Source: Chiloscyllium plagiosum (Eukaryota). Taken from it: a stretch of 64,000 nt of DNA. The stretch covers positions 17,835,899 through 17,899,898 of the forward strand of contig NC_057741.1 in the NCBI RefSeq assembly GCF_004010195.1. The letters run 5' to 3'. The notes under the pieces are model-generated. The model saw nothing but the letters and a program-made list of their open reading frames with translations, was not told where the DNA came from and made no database searches. Positions 1-13,070 of this stretch are shown in pieces. A program made the position numbers and the translations under genes. Every line of letters starts with the position of its first letter. Position 1 is the first letter of the stretch.

Positions 1-664
1 TTAGATACCCTTCAAAGCAGAACTAAAATCAAGAGAACCAGGAACAAAACCAAAAATAAATTGTGAAAACATTCAACATATCAAGCAGCGACAGAAGTGA
101 TGAGGCAGGTTAGCGAGAAGGGCATTTAATTGGCAGGTTGATAGCATAATTTAACCCTGCCACCTTCCAGCCTCGAAAAGAATTAAAGTCTGGACGGGAA
201 GGTTCTATGGTCAACATCCCCAACTTGCTGCCAGTGGAGGCCCCAGCCTTAAAGAACACTGTGAATAAAACAGGTGCAAGCTCACCTGCAGATATATGGC
301 CTTATGCTGGCTCCTGTTTACTTAAAGGATCAGGAGTTGGCAGAAGGACCCTTGATACCTGATCAAGGTGTGGATACAGGCCAGGGCTGTTGCAATCCTC
401 ATGTCTGGAACTCCGTAGCAATTCCAGGCTGCAGTTCCAGCTGAAGCTATGATTTCCTGTGAGGTACTGCAGAGGTTGAAGCTGACAGCCTCTGATTAAT
501 CAGAAGCTCCTGGGAAGCAGAATCTCTGCCCCTAGGGCTTAATTCCAGGGTACAACCCGCTGGTGCCCAAAAACTATTCAAGTGGCAAAAGATCTGATAA
601 GATTACTTCAGGAGATGCAACACAGGTCTCTTGTTGGCTTTAATTTCTCAGGTTGATGACCTTT

Positions 665-943
665 CATCACCCAACCACCTCGTAGCCCAACACTTTAACT
701 CCCCCTCCCACTCCACCAAGGACATGCAGGTCCTTGGACTCCTCCATCGCCAGACCATGGCAACACGACGGTTGGAGGAAGAGCGCCTCATCTTCTGCCT
801 GGGAACCCTCCAACCACAAGTCCTGAAGAAGGACTTATGACCGAAACGTCGATTCTCCTGTTCCTTGGATGCTGCCTGACTTGCTGCGCTTTTCCAGCAA
901 CACATTTTCAGCTCTGATCTCCAGCATCTGCAGCCCTCACTTT
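665..943 (+). mobile_element. Penelope-like element 3' fragment (family A: GIY-YIG C-terminus plus tail with degraded hammerhead motif)
   Basis: VAQHFNSPSH...RRLEEERLIFCLGTLQP matches the endonuclease end of the copies at 51.7 kb and 30.3 kb. The tail CTGAAGAAGGACTTATGACCGAAACGTC...CAGCATCTGCAG is shared with them. Confidence 0.85.
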
Positions 944-1667
944 ATTTCAAAGACCTTTCATCAGAATCATTCTTCTTTTTTACCCTCATTGGACATTTTG
1001 GAGACTTTTCCTGACAAGGAAATCTATACAAACATGTGCTTAATATTTATCTCATTACTGAAACAAGAAGACAGCATTGTTCTGCATATCTTAAAGGTAA
1101 CTCATGCAATCATGGGCCAAAATTCTGGGCGTGTTACTCTATAGAGATGAGGAACCTTCTTAATGAGTAAAAAGACTGCATCATTTATAGAATCCTTTTG
1201 CCATTTTTTTTTCTATCTTGTGACCCAACATTGAAATGTTATTCTTGGTTTAGTTGTGATTTCTGCTTTGGAAAAGGAGCAGGGGCCAAACTAAACCACT
1301 AGGGCAATAGAAAATGTTTGGGTCTATTTTTTCTACCTATTTTTCCTTCACAGTTTGCATTTATTTTACACTTCTCGTTGTCCTGCCAGATTATCACCTA
1401 CATGGAATTGAGAAAAATCTATGTAATACATCTTTTTTTTTTGGAAGGAGGGGGCTATTTTGCAGATAAGTGCAGGTCACCTGCATTTAAGCAAAGCTGT
1501 ATGCACAAGATTCTGAGTAATATTTGTCCATCTTGATACTTAGATATTTAATAGCAATATCACTTTGGTGCATTATATAGCCAATCAATCCCTTTGAATA
1601 GCAGGGTGAAGTTTTCTACTGTGGGAATATGTAACAAAATAGTAAATACACATTTGCAATTTTTAAA

Positions 1668-2955
1668 AATTCATTTGTGTGACATGGGGCATCACTGGCT
1701 GGCCAGCATTTATTGGCCATTACTATTTGCTGCCTCCTTGAACCGCTGCAGTCCATATACTGTAGACTGACCCACAATGGCATGAGAGAGGAAATATAGG
1801 ATTTTGACCCAGTGACAATGAAGAAATGGCGATATATTTCCAAATCAGGATGGTGAGTGTCTTGATGGGGAACTTACAGGTGGTGGTGTTCTCATTTATT
1901 TGCTGCCTTTCTCCTTCTAAACGGAAGTGATTGTGGGTTTGGAAGGCACTATCTAATGATCTTTGGTGAAGTTCTATAGTGCATCTTGTAGATAGTGCAC
2001 AGTGCTGCTACTGAACATCAGTGGTGTGTTATGGACCATGCTAGACCCCCTCAGGAAAGTAGCCCGGTCCCTAGCTTTGCTAGTTGTTTTAAGCAGGTGT
2101 AAGGTGGATAGTCCAGGAGTGACGCAGCTGGCCTGACCACTTAGTTTTAAACAAAACAGAGTTTTTTGCAAGATTACTGAATAAATCACAAACAAAAGAG
2201 AACAGAATACAGAATAACTTAACTTATCCAAAAACACAGCCGATTATCCCAACTTAATGATGCTGTTCCAAATACTTGCCACAATCCCCAGCAACACTGC
2301 TTGGCAAAAAAGATAAAATCAAACACAGGGTCTTACAGGAGAAAGAAAGAGAGAGAGAGAGAGAGAGTTGGCAGAGGCATTCAGTATACAACACCTTCTT
2401 CTATGTCACTGTTTCTTGGACCAGCAGCCTCAAACTGACTGCTTTCAATGAACAGCCAGATTGCTATATAAAAAAAACCAAACCAAAGAAAAGCTGAGCT
2501 GGGAGAACTAGCCACACCCCTTTCATTGTACCAATGTTTTTTTAAACTTGAAAGCCTTTTGCCTGAGGCAGTGTCTGTTAGCTGTGATCAAATTGGTCTA
2601 AGACCTTTCAAACCTAAGCTTTTCAGAATCGCTGCTGTTACGACCTCTCTGAAAAAAAATGCCAAGGACAACATAATCTTGTTAAAGGAGCAGCATCATC
2701 ACAGTGTGGAAGGAGTGAATATTTGCAGACATGGTGCCAATCAAGCGGGCTGCTTTGTTCTGAATGGTGTCAAGCTTTTGTGTTTGGATCTGCATCTATC
2801 CAGACAAGTGGGAGTTTTCTATCAATCCTGACTTGTGCCTTATAGATGGTGGATAGGCTCTGGGAAGTCTGGAGGTGAGTTACTCGCCACAGTATTCCTA
2901 ACCTCTGACCTACACTTGTGGCCATTGTGTTTATGTGGCAAGACAAGTTGAGTTT
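1668..2955 (-). mobile_element. Old LINE (CR1/L2-like) 3' region interrupted by a solo LTR
   Basis: Recurrent GCCAGCATTTATTG...CTTGAACCGCTGCAGTCC end, with related copies near 30.2 kb and 62.87 kb. The sequence resumes after 2703. Confidence 0.55.
2027..2703 (-). mobile_element. Solo LTR
   Basis: TG...CA termini (TGTTATGG...CATCATCACA). Both ends are reverse-complement homologous to 34139-34765. Confidence 0.75.
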
Positions 2956-3384
2956 TAAATTTTGCAGAATGTAGTGATTCTAAATTTTACTTCATTTTAA
3001 TGTATTGGCAGACTGCCAATCCAGGCAAATGTAGCCTTTATCTGTACAATCAGCAGCTCAATGCAGTACTGTGCTCTCCAATGCACCTCCAAAACCACTA
3101 TTACAAGTAAAGGGTATTTTCTCAATACTCTCCAAAGTACCGCAGTGTAGGAAAATGAATTGTGCTTTATGTTTTTGACAGTACTCCAAATGACCACTAT
3201 TTAACTATAGAGCAATGTACTCAGTACATTTGACACTATTATCACAGTATGATGTGAACTTAATTTTAATTATTTACTTCTTCAGGCTTTTCAATGGTAT
3301 ACTGAAATGAAGTATGATGTGGTCTTTCTTGAGCTGCTTTGCTTCAAAGTAATCAATCACATAAGAATATTTATAATTTGGCTG

Positions 3385-4862
3385 AGACACAGTGACTGCT
3401 GGAGAAACTCAGCAGAACTGGCAGCATCTGTGGAGATGCTGTTTCAAGTCCAGTATGACTCGTCATCAGAGCTGAAATGGGATAGAAAGTATTTTGGTCA
3501 ATGTTTTTGACAGAGGCAGAGGAGGAGCAAAGGGAGCAGGTGGTGTGGGGACCCAAAACAATGGGTTGCTGATGTTGGCTTCAGAGCTGTAAAATGGGTG
3601 TAAATTAAGGCACAAAAAGAGAGGCCGTGTATCGACTCTACTAAGAATGAAGCAAACAAGACATAAATAAGATAAAGCTGGGGGAGAGGGGATTGTTACA
3701 TCTTGGTCCATTTCTTACACTTCCTCATTCCCCAACAGCATCCTCACATGCCATTGCAGAAGACGTAACACTCATCCACTTGCCTCCTCATTGCTCAAAC
3801 GTACCTTACAGTTAAAGCAGCATTTCATATGTACTTCTTTAATCTAGTCACCTTTATTTACTATTCACATTATGGTCTCCTTTACATTGGCAAGACCAAA
3901 TGCAGACTGAGTAACTGTTTTGTAGAATGTCTCTTCTCTGTCCATAAGAGTGACCCTGGTCTAACAGTTGTTAGCCAGTTCAATGAACCTCCTTGCTCTG
4001 ATGCTAACATTTTATCTTGGGCCAGCATGGTGGCTCAGTCTTGCACACTGCTACCTCACAATACAAGGGACCTGGGTTTGATTCTAGCCTTGGGTGACTG
4101 TGCAAACTCCACACAGACATTCTCCCCATCTCTGCATGGGTTTCTGCTGGGTTTCTTCCCACAGTCCAAAGATGTGCAGGTTAGGTGGATTGGCCATACT
4201 AAGTTATCCCATTGTGTCGAGGGTTGTGTAGGCTAGGTGGATTAGCCATTTGAAATCCAGGTTACAGGGATAGGTGGGAGCCTGGGTCTGGGTGGAATGG
4301 TCTCCGGAGGGTCAATGCAGACTTGATGGGCCAAATGGCTTCTTCTGCACTGTTAAGTAGAATGCAAGCTGGAAGACCAAATACCCCATTTTCTGATGAA
4401 ATACTTTACAGCCTCAAGGATTTGATATTGAATTGTGTAACCTCAGAGACTGATGAAATGCTGTCTGTTGTCCATCTTTCTTCTCCATTATTCTCTCCCC
4501 CATCCCACCACAAGATCTTGTTTACTTTGTTGTCAGTAGAGTGGACACATTCTCTCCCTTACAAACCTCAACTGACAAACCATTTTATGTATCACTTCTT
4601 GTTTTTCACCAACATTAACAATCCTTTGTGTTTGTACTGGGCCTCCACATCAGCCATTCCCTTTTCCCTTCCTGTGGTTCTGTCAAAGGTAATTAAAGAA
4701 AAACACTTTTCCAACTCTTTCAGTTCTGAAGAAGAGGTATACTGATCTTGAAATGTTAACTTTGATTTTCTCTCTCTCCACAGATCCTGTCAGACCTGTT
4801 GAGTTTCACCAACATTTTCTGTGCTTTTTTCAGATTTTCAGCATCTGCAATATTTTGCTTTA
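3385..4862. mobile_element. Old Penelope-like element with an inverted tail copy at its left end; HE1 SINE nested inside
   Basis: GIY-YIG relic GLLYIGKTKCRL in ORF 3829-4236. Tail CTGAAGAAGAGG...GAAATGTT...CAGCATCTGCA at about 4725-4860, with its reverse complement at about 3385-3475. Confidence 0.65.
4020..4352 (+). mobile_element. HE1-type (V-SINE) tRNA-derived SINE
   Basis: GGTGGCTCAGT head, CCACAGTCCAAAGATGTGCAGGTTAGG core, and GGGCCAAATGGC...CACTGT tail. Confidence 0.85.
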
Positions 4863-4959
4863 ATATACTACTGGGCTCAGAGTTAAATGATTATAACTTA
4901 CTTTACATAATACAAAAATAGCAAGCATACTTTTCTCTAGATCAATAAGAGGCCATTCA

Positions 4960-7900
4960 AGCATAGTGAGCAAAAAAAGTTAGGAGATTCTATAATTAGG
5001 GGTACTGTAGGCAAACTAAAATAGGATGTGCAGGGAATTTAGGAAGGAAGAGGTTCAACCAAGCCAGAAAAAAGAAGGGGACTCTTTGTACTCTTTGTAA
5101 GAGGACCAAGTCTCCCACATGGTGCGTTGCCTGCTTGGTGCCAAGGTAAGGGACATCTCAAATAGGATATTGGAATGAAAGGGAGAACAATTCAATTATT
5201 GTGGTCCATTTTGGGGTGAACAACAGAGGCAAGAGATCCTGTTTGGGGAATATCAGGAATTAGGAACAAAATTAAAAAGCAGAACCTCAAATGTTATAAT
5301 CGCTGGACTACTACAAGAGCCACTTGCAAATTGGCATACAGATTTTAAAAATTGGTAAGTAAACACAACGCTAAAGGAAAGATGTGGGAAAAAGAGGTTC
5401 TATTTCATGGGACACTGGTATCAATAATGGGACAGGAATGCATTGTGTCATTGGGACAGGCTTCACCTGAACCGATCTGGAACCAATGTCTTTGTAGAAA
5501 GGCTAAGTAGGGTGGTCACAAGGACTTTTACCTAGGCAGGGAGGGCTCTGGAAAAGCGATGGGGGTGCAATTAATAATTAAATAATATGACAGAGTGTAA
5601 AGAAACAGTCAGGAATCATACTTCAGGTACAGCAGGTAATGGGAAAACTATAAGAAGTGCATTGATTAAATTGGAAAAAAGAAATAATAAATAGGCAAAC
5701 AAAGCATGAGTGCTGAGGAACGGTTGCAGTTTACGGCCCAAATAAGAATGCTGCACACAAAGAAGGGGAGTTACTTTGGTAGTGGGTAAGGTGTTGGAAA
5801 AGCTTATAAGAGATAGGATTTATAATCTTCTGGAAAGGAATAATTTGATTAGGGATAGTCAACACGGCTTTGTGAAGGGTAGGTCATGCCTCACTAACCT
5901 TATTGAGTTCTTCGCGAAGGTGACGAAACAGGTGGATGAAGGTAAGGCGGTTGATGTGGTGTACGTGGACTTCAGTAAGGCATTTGATAAGGTTCCACAT
6001 GGTAGGCTACTGCACAAAATAAGGAGTTTACGGATTGAAGATGATTTAGCAGTTTGGATCAGAAAATGGCTAGCTGAAAGAAGACAAAGGGTGGTGATTG
6101 AGGGGAAATGTTCATCCTGGAGCTCAGTTATGAGTGGTGTGCCACAATGATCTGTTTTGAGGCCACTGCTGTTTGTCATTTTTATAAATGATCTGGATGT
6201 GGGTGTAGAAGGATGGTTTAGTAAATTTGCAGATGACACTAAGACAGGCAGAGTTGTAGACAGTGCCGAAGGATGTTGTGGGTTACAAAGGGACATAGAT
6301 AAGATGCAGAACTAGGCTAAGTAACAGCAAATGGAGTTTAATGCAGAAAGGTGTGAGGTAGTTTACTTTGGAAGAAGTAACAGGAATGCAGAGTACTGGG
6401 TTAATGGTAAACTTATTGGCAGTGTAGATGAACAGAGAGATTTCTGTGTCCAGGTACATAAATCCCTAAAAGTTGCCACCCAGGTTGATAGGGTTGTTAA
6501 GAAGGTTGTTAAGAATGTGTTAGCATTTATTGGTAGGGGGATTGAATTTCGGAGCCGTGAGGTCATATTTGAGCTGTACAAGACACTGGTAAGGCCACAC
6601 CAGGAATATTGCGTGCAGTTCTGGTCACCGCATTATAGGAAGGATGTAAAGTTCTATGTTCTATATTCTAAATACACAGAGTGTAAGGAATAAGTGAAAT
6701 GAGCCATTGGCACAATTTCAAACTGGAGATTACAGATATAATAGCCATTACTGAAACATGGCTGCAGGATGGCTGGGACTGGGAAATGAACATACAGGCT
6801 TATAAGGTTTAAAGGATGGACAGAGAAAATTGCAGAGAACGTGAAGTAGTCTTACTGATTAGAAAGAAAACTTCAATGGTGAGGGAGGATATTATATGGG
6901 TAAAGCATTTAGTGAAAAAAAAGAGGAACTGAGGAATGGGAAAGATCTAAAACCATAACATGTGTTGTGTACAGAACCCCTGGTAGCGGCTCTGAAGTGC
7001 TAGGTTGTATGACTGCAGAAATTAAGGCATGTGTATAGCAAAGCAAAAGTACAATTAATGGAAGATTTTAACTTTAACATTGTTGCTTGTCCGCCTCTTC
7101 CAGTCTATCAGAAAGGTAGTAAATTTCTGGAGTGTGTCAGAGATAGTTTCCTTTTGCAATATGGCCAAATTGCAAGGGACAAGCAATATTGGATTTAGTA
7201 ATGAGTAATAATCCAGATTTAATTAGTGACCTAATCGTGCATAAATATTTGTTAAATAGCGATCATAACGTGATTGAGTTCAATGTAGCATTTGAAAGTG
7301 AAAAGCACGAACCAGCTACTAAAGTTTAGGCAAGGCCTATTTTAATGAGATGAGAGTAACTGTCCACAATAAACTGTGAATATCTGCTAATGGGTAAAAC
7401 AACTGAAAAGCAATGGAGCATGTTGAAAGAAAATTTAATGCAATAAAAATTGAGTTTATACCCATGAGGAAGAAAAGCTCAGCTTCACAAAAAAAGCATG
7501 GACTTGGATAACTAAAGAGATAAAGGGACAGCATAAAAAAACAACTAAAAAAGTTTACAAAATGAAAAAAAAAGCACAGTTCCAGCTGAATGGGAAAGAT
7601 ACAAAGAACAGCAAAGGGCCACAAAGCAGTTTATAAGAGCTACTAAAAGGGATTATGTGAGGAAACTTGCAAAGGACATCAAAATCAATAACAAGAAATT
7701 TTACAGCTACATAAATGGAAAGCAGGTGGTCGGGAGCAATGTTGGTCCACTAAAGATTGAATGTGGGAACTGAAAGTATCAAAGACTATGGGGAAATGGC
7801 AGAAATGTTGAATAATTATTTCACCTCAAAATTTACAGTAAGAAAGGAAGATACCTTGCTGAAAGTCACAAGGAAATTAATAGTGGATCAAAGAAAGGAA

Positions 7901-8746
7901 TTGAATAAAATTAATAGAAGTTAAATATTGGTAATGAGGAAATTAATGGAATTAAAGAGTGACAGATCTGTAGGACCTGACAGTTTTCATCTGAGGGTAT
8001 TAAAGGAAGAGCACATTGTAAATGCCCTAACTATAATCTTTCAGAGGTCCCTAGACATAGGGGTTGTCCCACTGGATTGGAAAATTTCACATTACTTCGC
8101 TTTTTAAGGAGGACAAAAAAAGGAGGAAAACCAGGAAATCATAGACCAGTTTGTCTCATATCTGTGGTGGGTAATTTTTGGAATCAATAATCATCGATGA
8201 GGTAACTGAACATCTTGAAACTTTTGAGTTAATCAGGAAGAGCTAGCATGGAATCATGGAAGATTTCAACTCTAACATAGATTGGGGGAAGTCTTCAAGA
8301 TATTAACAGGAAAAGGCGGAGTAGAAAAAGATAAACAATTTACAGACAGGGAGTAGAAGGAGATCGTTCATGTGCAGGCAGATGGAATTAATTTGGAATG
8401 ACACCATGGTCAGCATAGGCATGGGGGCCGAAGGGTCTATTATTATAGTGTCCTATTTTATTCCCACTAGTTGGGCATTGTAGAACTAAGCAGAGCCTAA
8501 GAATTAGGACCAGACAATTCAGGAGAGAATTCTACTCATTTGGTAGTAGACGATTGAAATTCTCTTTCACAAATGGCAGTGAATGCTAGATCAGTTGTTA
8601 ATTTAAAATCTGAGATAGATCAATATTTGTTAAGCAATGGTATTAAGGGATATGTGCTGAAGGCAAGTAAATGGAATTAGGCCACGGATTAGCCTTGATC
8701 TCATTGAATGGTGAAGAGCCTTGAGGGGTTGTTCCCATGTTCCTAT
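4960..8746 (+). mobile_element. Old, long degenerate CR1 LINE (ORF1 esterase, endonuclease, RT, 3' end)
   Basis: ORF1 SGNH-esterase relics MVRCLLGAKVRDI, VVHFGVNN and DRLHLN (5120-5475). APE relics (DIIAITETWL near 6735, SDHNVIEF near 7258). 3' end with TTCCCATGTTCCTATG at about 8740. Many stops. Confidence 0.75.
5770..6665 (+). mobile_element. Younger CR1 RT fragment nested in the older CR1
   Basis: SQHGFVKGRSCLTNLIEFF...DFSKAFDKVPH...SGVPQ, FADDTK, EYCVQFWSP, ending in TTCTATGTTCTAT. Confidence 0.9.
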
Positions 8747-10286
8747 GTACTCTCTTACATTCTGCCTTTGGACTTAGCTATGACTTTGCAGCTTCTTTCA
8801 CCTTCTGTTAAAAATCTGACTAATCTTGCTGAACCTGATTTGTCTACTCTTGTTTCACTTTGTGTAATTTTAACAAACTGCCAAATCATCCTGACCAAAC
8901 TATCAGTGCCTAGCAAAAAGACATTTATTGAGCACAAAAACTGTCACTTTTCATTACATGCTTTGGAAGAATAGAAATGCCATTTGCATTATACTGCTTT
9001 CACTTTTCTAACATAAATGTTTGTGAATACACATTGTTTTAATTATCAACATGTTAAAATTAACCCATTTTGCATTCTTTGAAAATATGGTCCCAAAAAT
9101 CCTGACCCATTACAAATTCCAAACAAAATCTTACATAGACACAGCAATAGATCACTAAGACCCTCAGGTCTGTTCATATTCAATAAGACCATGATTGATC
9201 TTTGAGTTAAACATGAATCTGCATTTGGCTCTATGTCACTGAACAGAAGTTTATCAATCTCAGGTTTAAAGTGAACAATTGACAAAGTATCAGTTATTAC
9301 TTGTGGAATAGATTTCAAACTTCTGGCATTCCATCTATGTAGAAGTATTTGGTCATTTATTCATTGGACTTCAATCAGATGGCTATACAGTATTAATCTC
9401 CAATGCAAAGCAGTTTTTGCATGAAAAAGTGTAACTCTTACTCAAATTATTGAAATCATTAACTATATCCCTGAGGATAGGCAATTCACAAGTTTTAAAA
9501 AAAGGCAAATGGTTAGTGGAAAACATGAGCAGTACACCTAGAGGGAAAGAAACAATAACACTTAGGACCTACATTCAATCTGGTCTAACGAAATTGTTGA
9601 TGGCTTGATTTCATGCTGATGTAATTCACTCAAGTGAACACAACAGTAGCACAATCATGACTTTGAAGAGACCTAAGACATTTGGGGCCAATTTTCAAAA
9701 CAAGTTTGAATTTTCAAAGCAGGCAATATAAATCCAACCTAATAATAAGGTCACTGCCTGAGGTGTTCCCACCATTGTATATCAAGGGACTGGAAACTTT
9801 GGTCTGTATGCCTGACAAGGAATGAAAGTTGCCAATATCAAGAGTTATATAGCATGTTCCACTCAATATAAGTGTACATGAAAAGTTTTGTTTTATTGCA
9901 CTTTCCATAATATTCAAGTTCGATGTATTGTAATGGCCTTTTTAGTTTAAACATTTTATAAAGTTTTTGGTCGGAAAAAAACGTCAAACTCTTTCCCTGA
10001 GAAGTGTAATTCCAACGATGTTTATTTAAATTTAGCATTTTTTTTATCTGGACTCTTCGCTTATCACTATCTGAATCAATGAATATTGGCGGGTTTGTGA
10101 TTCCAGTATAAACGTACAGAAACACGTAAAATAAATATGCAGGATAGAAGAGTTGTTCCTCACTCCAAAACAAAGAGTACCGACTACAGTCAAGTAGCGT
10201 CCCGATTCTATTGGGGAGCAACTTCAACCTGCTACCGGCTAGTCACTGTAGAGTACAATGTGTCCAGACAGAAATGCCACACGTAC

Positions 10287-10377
10287 CTTGCATATTCAGC
10301 CGGGCAACGAACCAGGACATAGAAAGAAATGTACCCAGGACGAGCACTGTTAAAATACTTTCATTCCTGAACTTCAT
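10287..10377 (-). CDS. MGAT4D: First coding exon of an MGAT4-family alpha-1,3-mannosyl-glycoprotein 4-beta-N-acetylglucosaminyltransferase (cytoplasmic tail and signal anchor); probably MGAT4D
   Basis: Reads MKFRNESILTVLVLGTFLSMSWFVARLNMQ plus 1 nt, then a GTACGT donor (91 nt, phase 1). It resembles the MRLRNGT...FLSLSW N-terminus and phase-1 first intron of MGAT4A/B. Divergent orientation to ELMOD2 matches the mammalian MGAT4D-ELMOD2 order. No later exon was found in 1-10286. Confidence 0.75.
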
Positions 10378-11125
10378 CTCATGTCAGAAAGAGATGACAA
10401 AGCGGACAGGTGTTTGCTGGTGCTGGGTATCGTGTCGTTTGAGGTCTGGGAGCGGGCTTTGAGATTAATCCAGGTCAGCACTGTCTCTCACTCTCTCCAA
10501 TAGTCCTGCTTTTGATTTGCGCCTCTCACTCAATCTTCAGCTATTGTCCACAGAATCTAATGTGAGCACTGTTCCACCTTGGAAATGTATTCTCTCTCTT
10601 CCTTCATGCCGTGCAGTTCTTAGCTTGTTCAAAAGTTCCCTTTCCCGGATTTACGTTTTTAATTAATCTCCACTCTTTTCTCTTCCGGGATTTCCCCAAT
10701 CATTGTTTTCTATCTCTTTCTTCTCCGGCAGCTCCCCTCTTTGAGTTGCTGCTGAGTTCAGTGACACGCTCAGAGATCCCTGGCTTAGTCCCGACCGAAT
10801 GTCTCTTTCAGCTCAGACGATTGTCATGGTTTCACGAGTCTCTGTTATTAACCCCGTGGGTCTCCGCCCTGACCGCCGCTAGCCTTCCTTCCTCTTGAGT
10901 CGTCGCTGAAGCAGCTGGTCTCCCCTCTCTCACACACAACAAACACACGCATCCAGTTCCTTTATTTTCTTTCACTTCTCTCTCAGACATCAACAGGGGC
11001 TGCACTCTGTGTTACTTAGGTGTTGCTTCCCGTGTGTTTCTATCTCGGATATCGTTCTTCCTAGGTGTCTTCCGCGTGTTGCCCCTGAGCGGATCTCAGG
11101 CATTGCTCTATGAAGACGTCGGGTT
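10378..11125 (-). promoter_or_regulatory. Probable 5' UTR and promoter of the MGAT4-family gene
   Basis: Non-repetitive and locally CpG-enriched (10400-10460, 10780-10950, 11030-11125), directly upstream of the ATG. TSS not determinable. Confidence 0.5.
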
Positions 11126-11328
11126 TGTCCCCTGATTGTGTTTGCAGGGTTTACTCCGTGTGTGTGTAGATGTGAGGTTTGTTGCCTGTGTGTATTTTGG
11201 GGTTTACTGCCTGTGCTTATATTAGGGTTTGCTCCCTTTGTGTGACTGTGAGGTTTGTTCCCTGTGTGTATACACTGGTGAGGTTTGGTCCTTGTATGTG
11301 TATTTTGAGCTTTACTCCCTGTGTATTG
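11121..11328. repeat. Degenerate minisatellite, about 8 units of 24-30 bp
   Basis: Repeated GGTTT(G/A)(C/T)TCCCTGTGTGTA-like units. Confidence 0.75.
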
Positions 11329-12214
11329 TTGTGGTGCAGCTGCTTACAGCTTTTTCAGATATTGTTCCTTCGCTCTACCCTAGATCTGTTTTCTATTTTT
11401 ACTTTCTGCCCCTCATTTTCCAACAATGCCAATCACAAAATAAAGCATAGACTATAAGTGGTCTGCTGCCTATAACTGCACGAATTTTATTCGGCCCATT
11501 CATTTACACTATCTTTCAATTCCTGTTGCATAACTAATGTGTGCATTGGTCATTTTTGTATTTCTAATTATGATGTGCTTGCGATTATAACGACGATAAA
11601 AATAACTCACGGGATTTGTGAAAGTGATGATTTTATATTACATTTAAATACTTAAATTATTTAGGAAAGATGTTTTCTTGGGTATCTCTATTCTTATGCT
11701 AACTGTGGCAGTTACAGGGGTTAGTTTTTTGATCGAATGAGGAGCTGAGCCAAATACTGTCAGTAGATGTTTCTTAACGTGAAAACATCTATTTATGAGT
11801 AGGGATGAAATTAATTTCAACCCCATCTAGTGGCATCCTTCTGTAGTGCAACGTTTGTCGCAGCTGATGAGAAGGTAGACTTCTACAGAAATTTATGGTT
11901 AATTCCCACGATGTTTCTGTGGACGTTTTTTTCCAACCAATCTGTTCAGAAATATTATGATACAGCTCCGGAGTAGGGGGCTCAGAGGTCGGGTCAGCAC
12001 CCCTTATATAGAGTTTGTGGGCACTTTAGGTACACAGTTAATTTTACACCTGTTAATGATTTTTTTTAAAGGACGTAACAAAATTATCCGATCAGTTGTG
12101 GGCCTCGCTGCCTCTATTGCTGAATGAACGTGTTCGCTGGCAGCAGAAATAACACGATGAGGAATTCGGATTTGCCAACGCAACATAATTCAGTTTATGT
12201 CAAATGCAGAGGAG

Positions 12215-12860
12215 GGGGACCTGGTAGCAGTGGTAATGTCACTAAAGCTAGCCAAGCATAGAATCATAGCATCCGTAAAATGCGGCAAGAGGCCATTCGG
12301 CCCATCCAGTCCGCACCGACCTCCGAATAGTACCCCACCCTATCCCCGGAACCCCAATCCACCTAGTCTGCACATCTTGGACACGACAGCATTCCCAACC
12401 CACCTAACCTGCACATCTTTGGACTGTGGGAGGAAATCCACACAGACATGGGAATGACAAACAAACTCTACATAGACAGCTACCCAAGGCTAGTAACAAA
12501 CCCGGGTCCCTAGCACTGTGAGGCAGCAGTGCTCACCACTGAGCCACCGTTGTATCCAAGCCCAGCATAATGTTCTCGGGGCATGAGTTCAAACCCCATA
12601 CAATGGTGAAACCTGAATTTACCCAAACAGTAAGAAAGACAGGAATGTAGAGCTAGCTTCATGGTGGCCATGTAACCACTGTCAATTGTTCTTAGAAAAA
12701 ACAAAAGTCTGATTTTCTAAAATCCTTCAGAGTAGGATATCTGCTGGTTTACTTGTGACTCCAAATCCTTTGCAATGTACTCAATTCTTAACTGCCCTTG
12801 GGCAATTATGGGTGGACAATCAATACCAATTTAGACAATGGTGACTGCACTGCATCAAAA
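12215..12860 (+). mobile_element. Old tRNA-derived SINE interrupted by an antisense HE1 SINE (about 12258-12550)
   Basis: GTAGCAGTGGTAATGTCACT head, GAGTTCAAACCC B-box and GGGCAATTATGGGTGGACAATCAATA tail surround a reverse HE1 core (ACCTAACCTGCACATCTTTGGACTGTGG). Confidence 0.65.
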
Positions 12861-12899
12861 GGTTTTTTAAAAATGCTGCCCAACCAGTTCACATTTATA

Positions 12900-13070
12900 A
12901 AACAAACACAGAGAATGCTGCAGAAACTCAGCAGCTCTGTTAGCATCAGTGGAAAGAAAAACAGAGTTGTTTTGTTCTGAAAAACAAGTCATACCAGACT
13001 TAAAATGTTGACTGTTTCTCTCTTCACAAAATGCTGCCAGATCTACTGAGTTTCTGTTTGTTTCAAATTT
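12900..13070. mobile_element. Old fold-back (imperfect inverted repeat) of a PLE-type tail
   Basis: GAAACTCAGCAGCTCTGTTAGCATCAGTGGAAAGAAAAACAG pairs with CTGTTTCTCTCTTCACAAAATGCTGCCAGATCTACTGAGTTTC. A decayed CTGA...AAATGTT motif lies in the middle. Confidence 0.55.

Noticed and set aside
1-10286. Second MGAT4 coding exon
   Set aside because: No coiled-coil stem-like exon found by eye; it probably lies left of the window.
11121-11328. Spaced repeats resembling a CRISPR array
   Set aside because: Eukaryotic context, degenerate units, no unique spacers and no cas genes.
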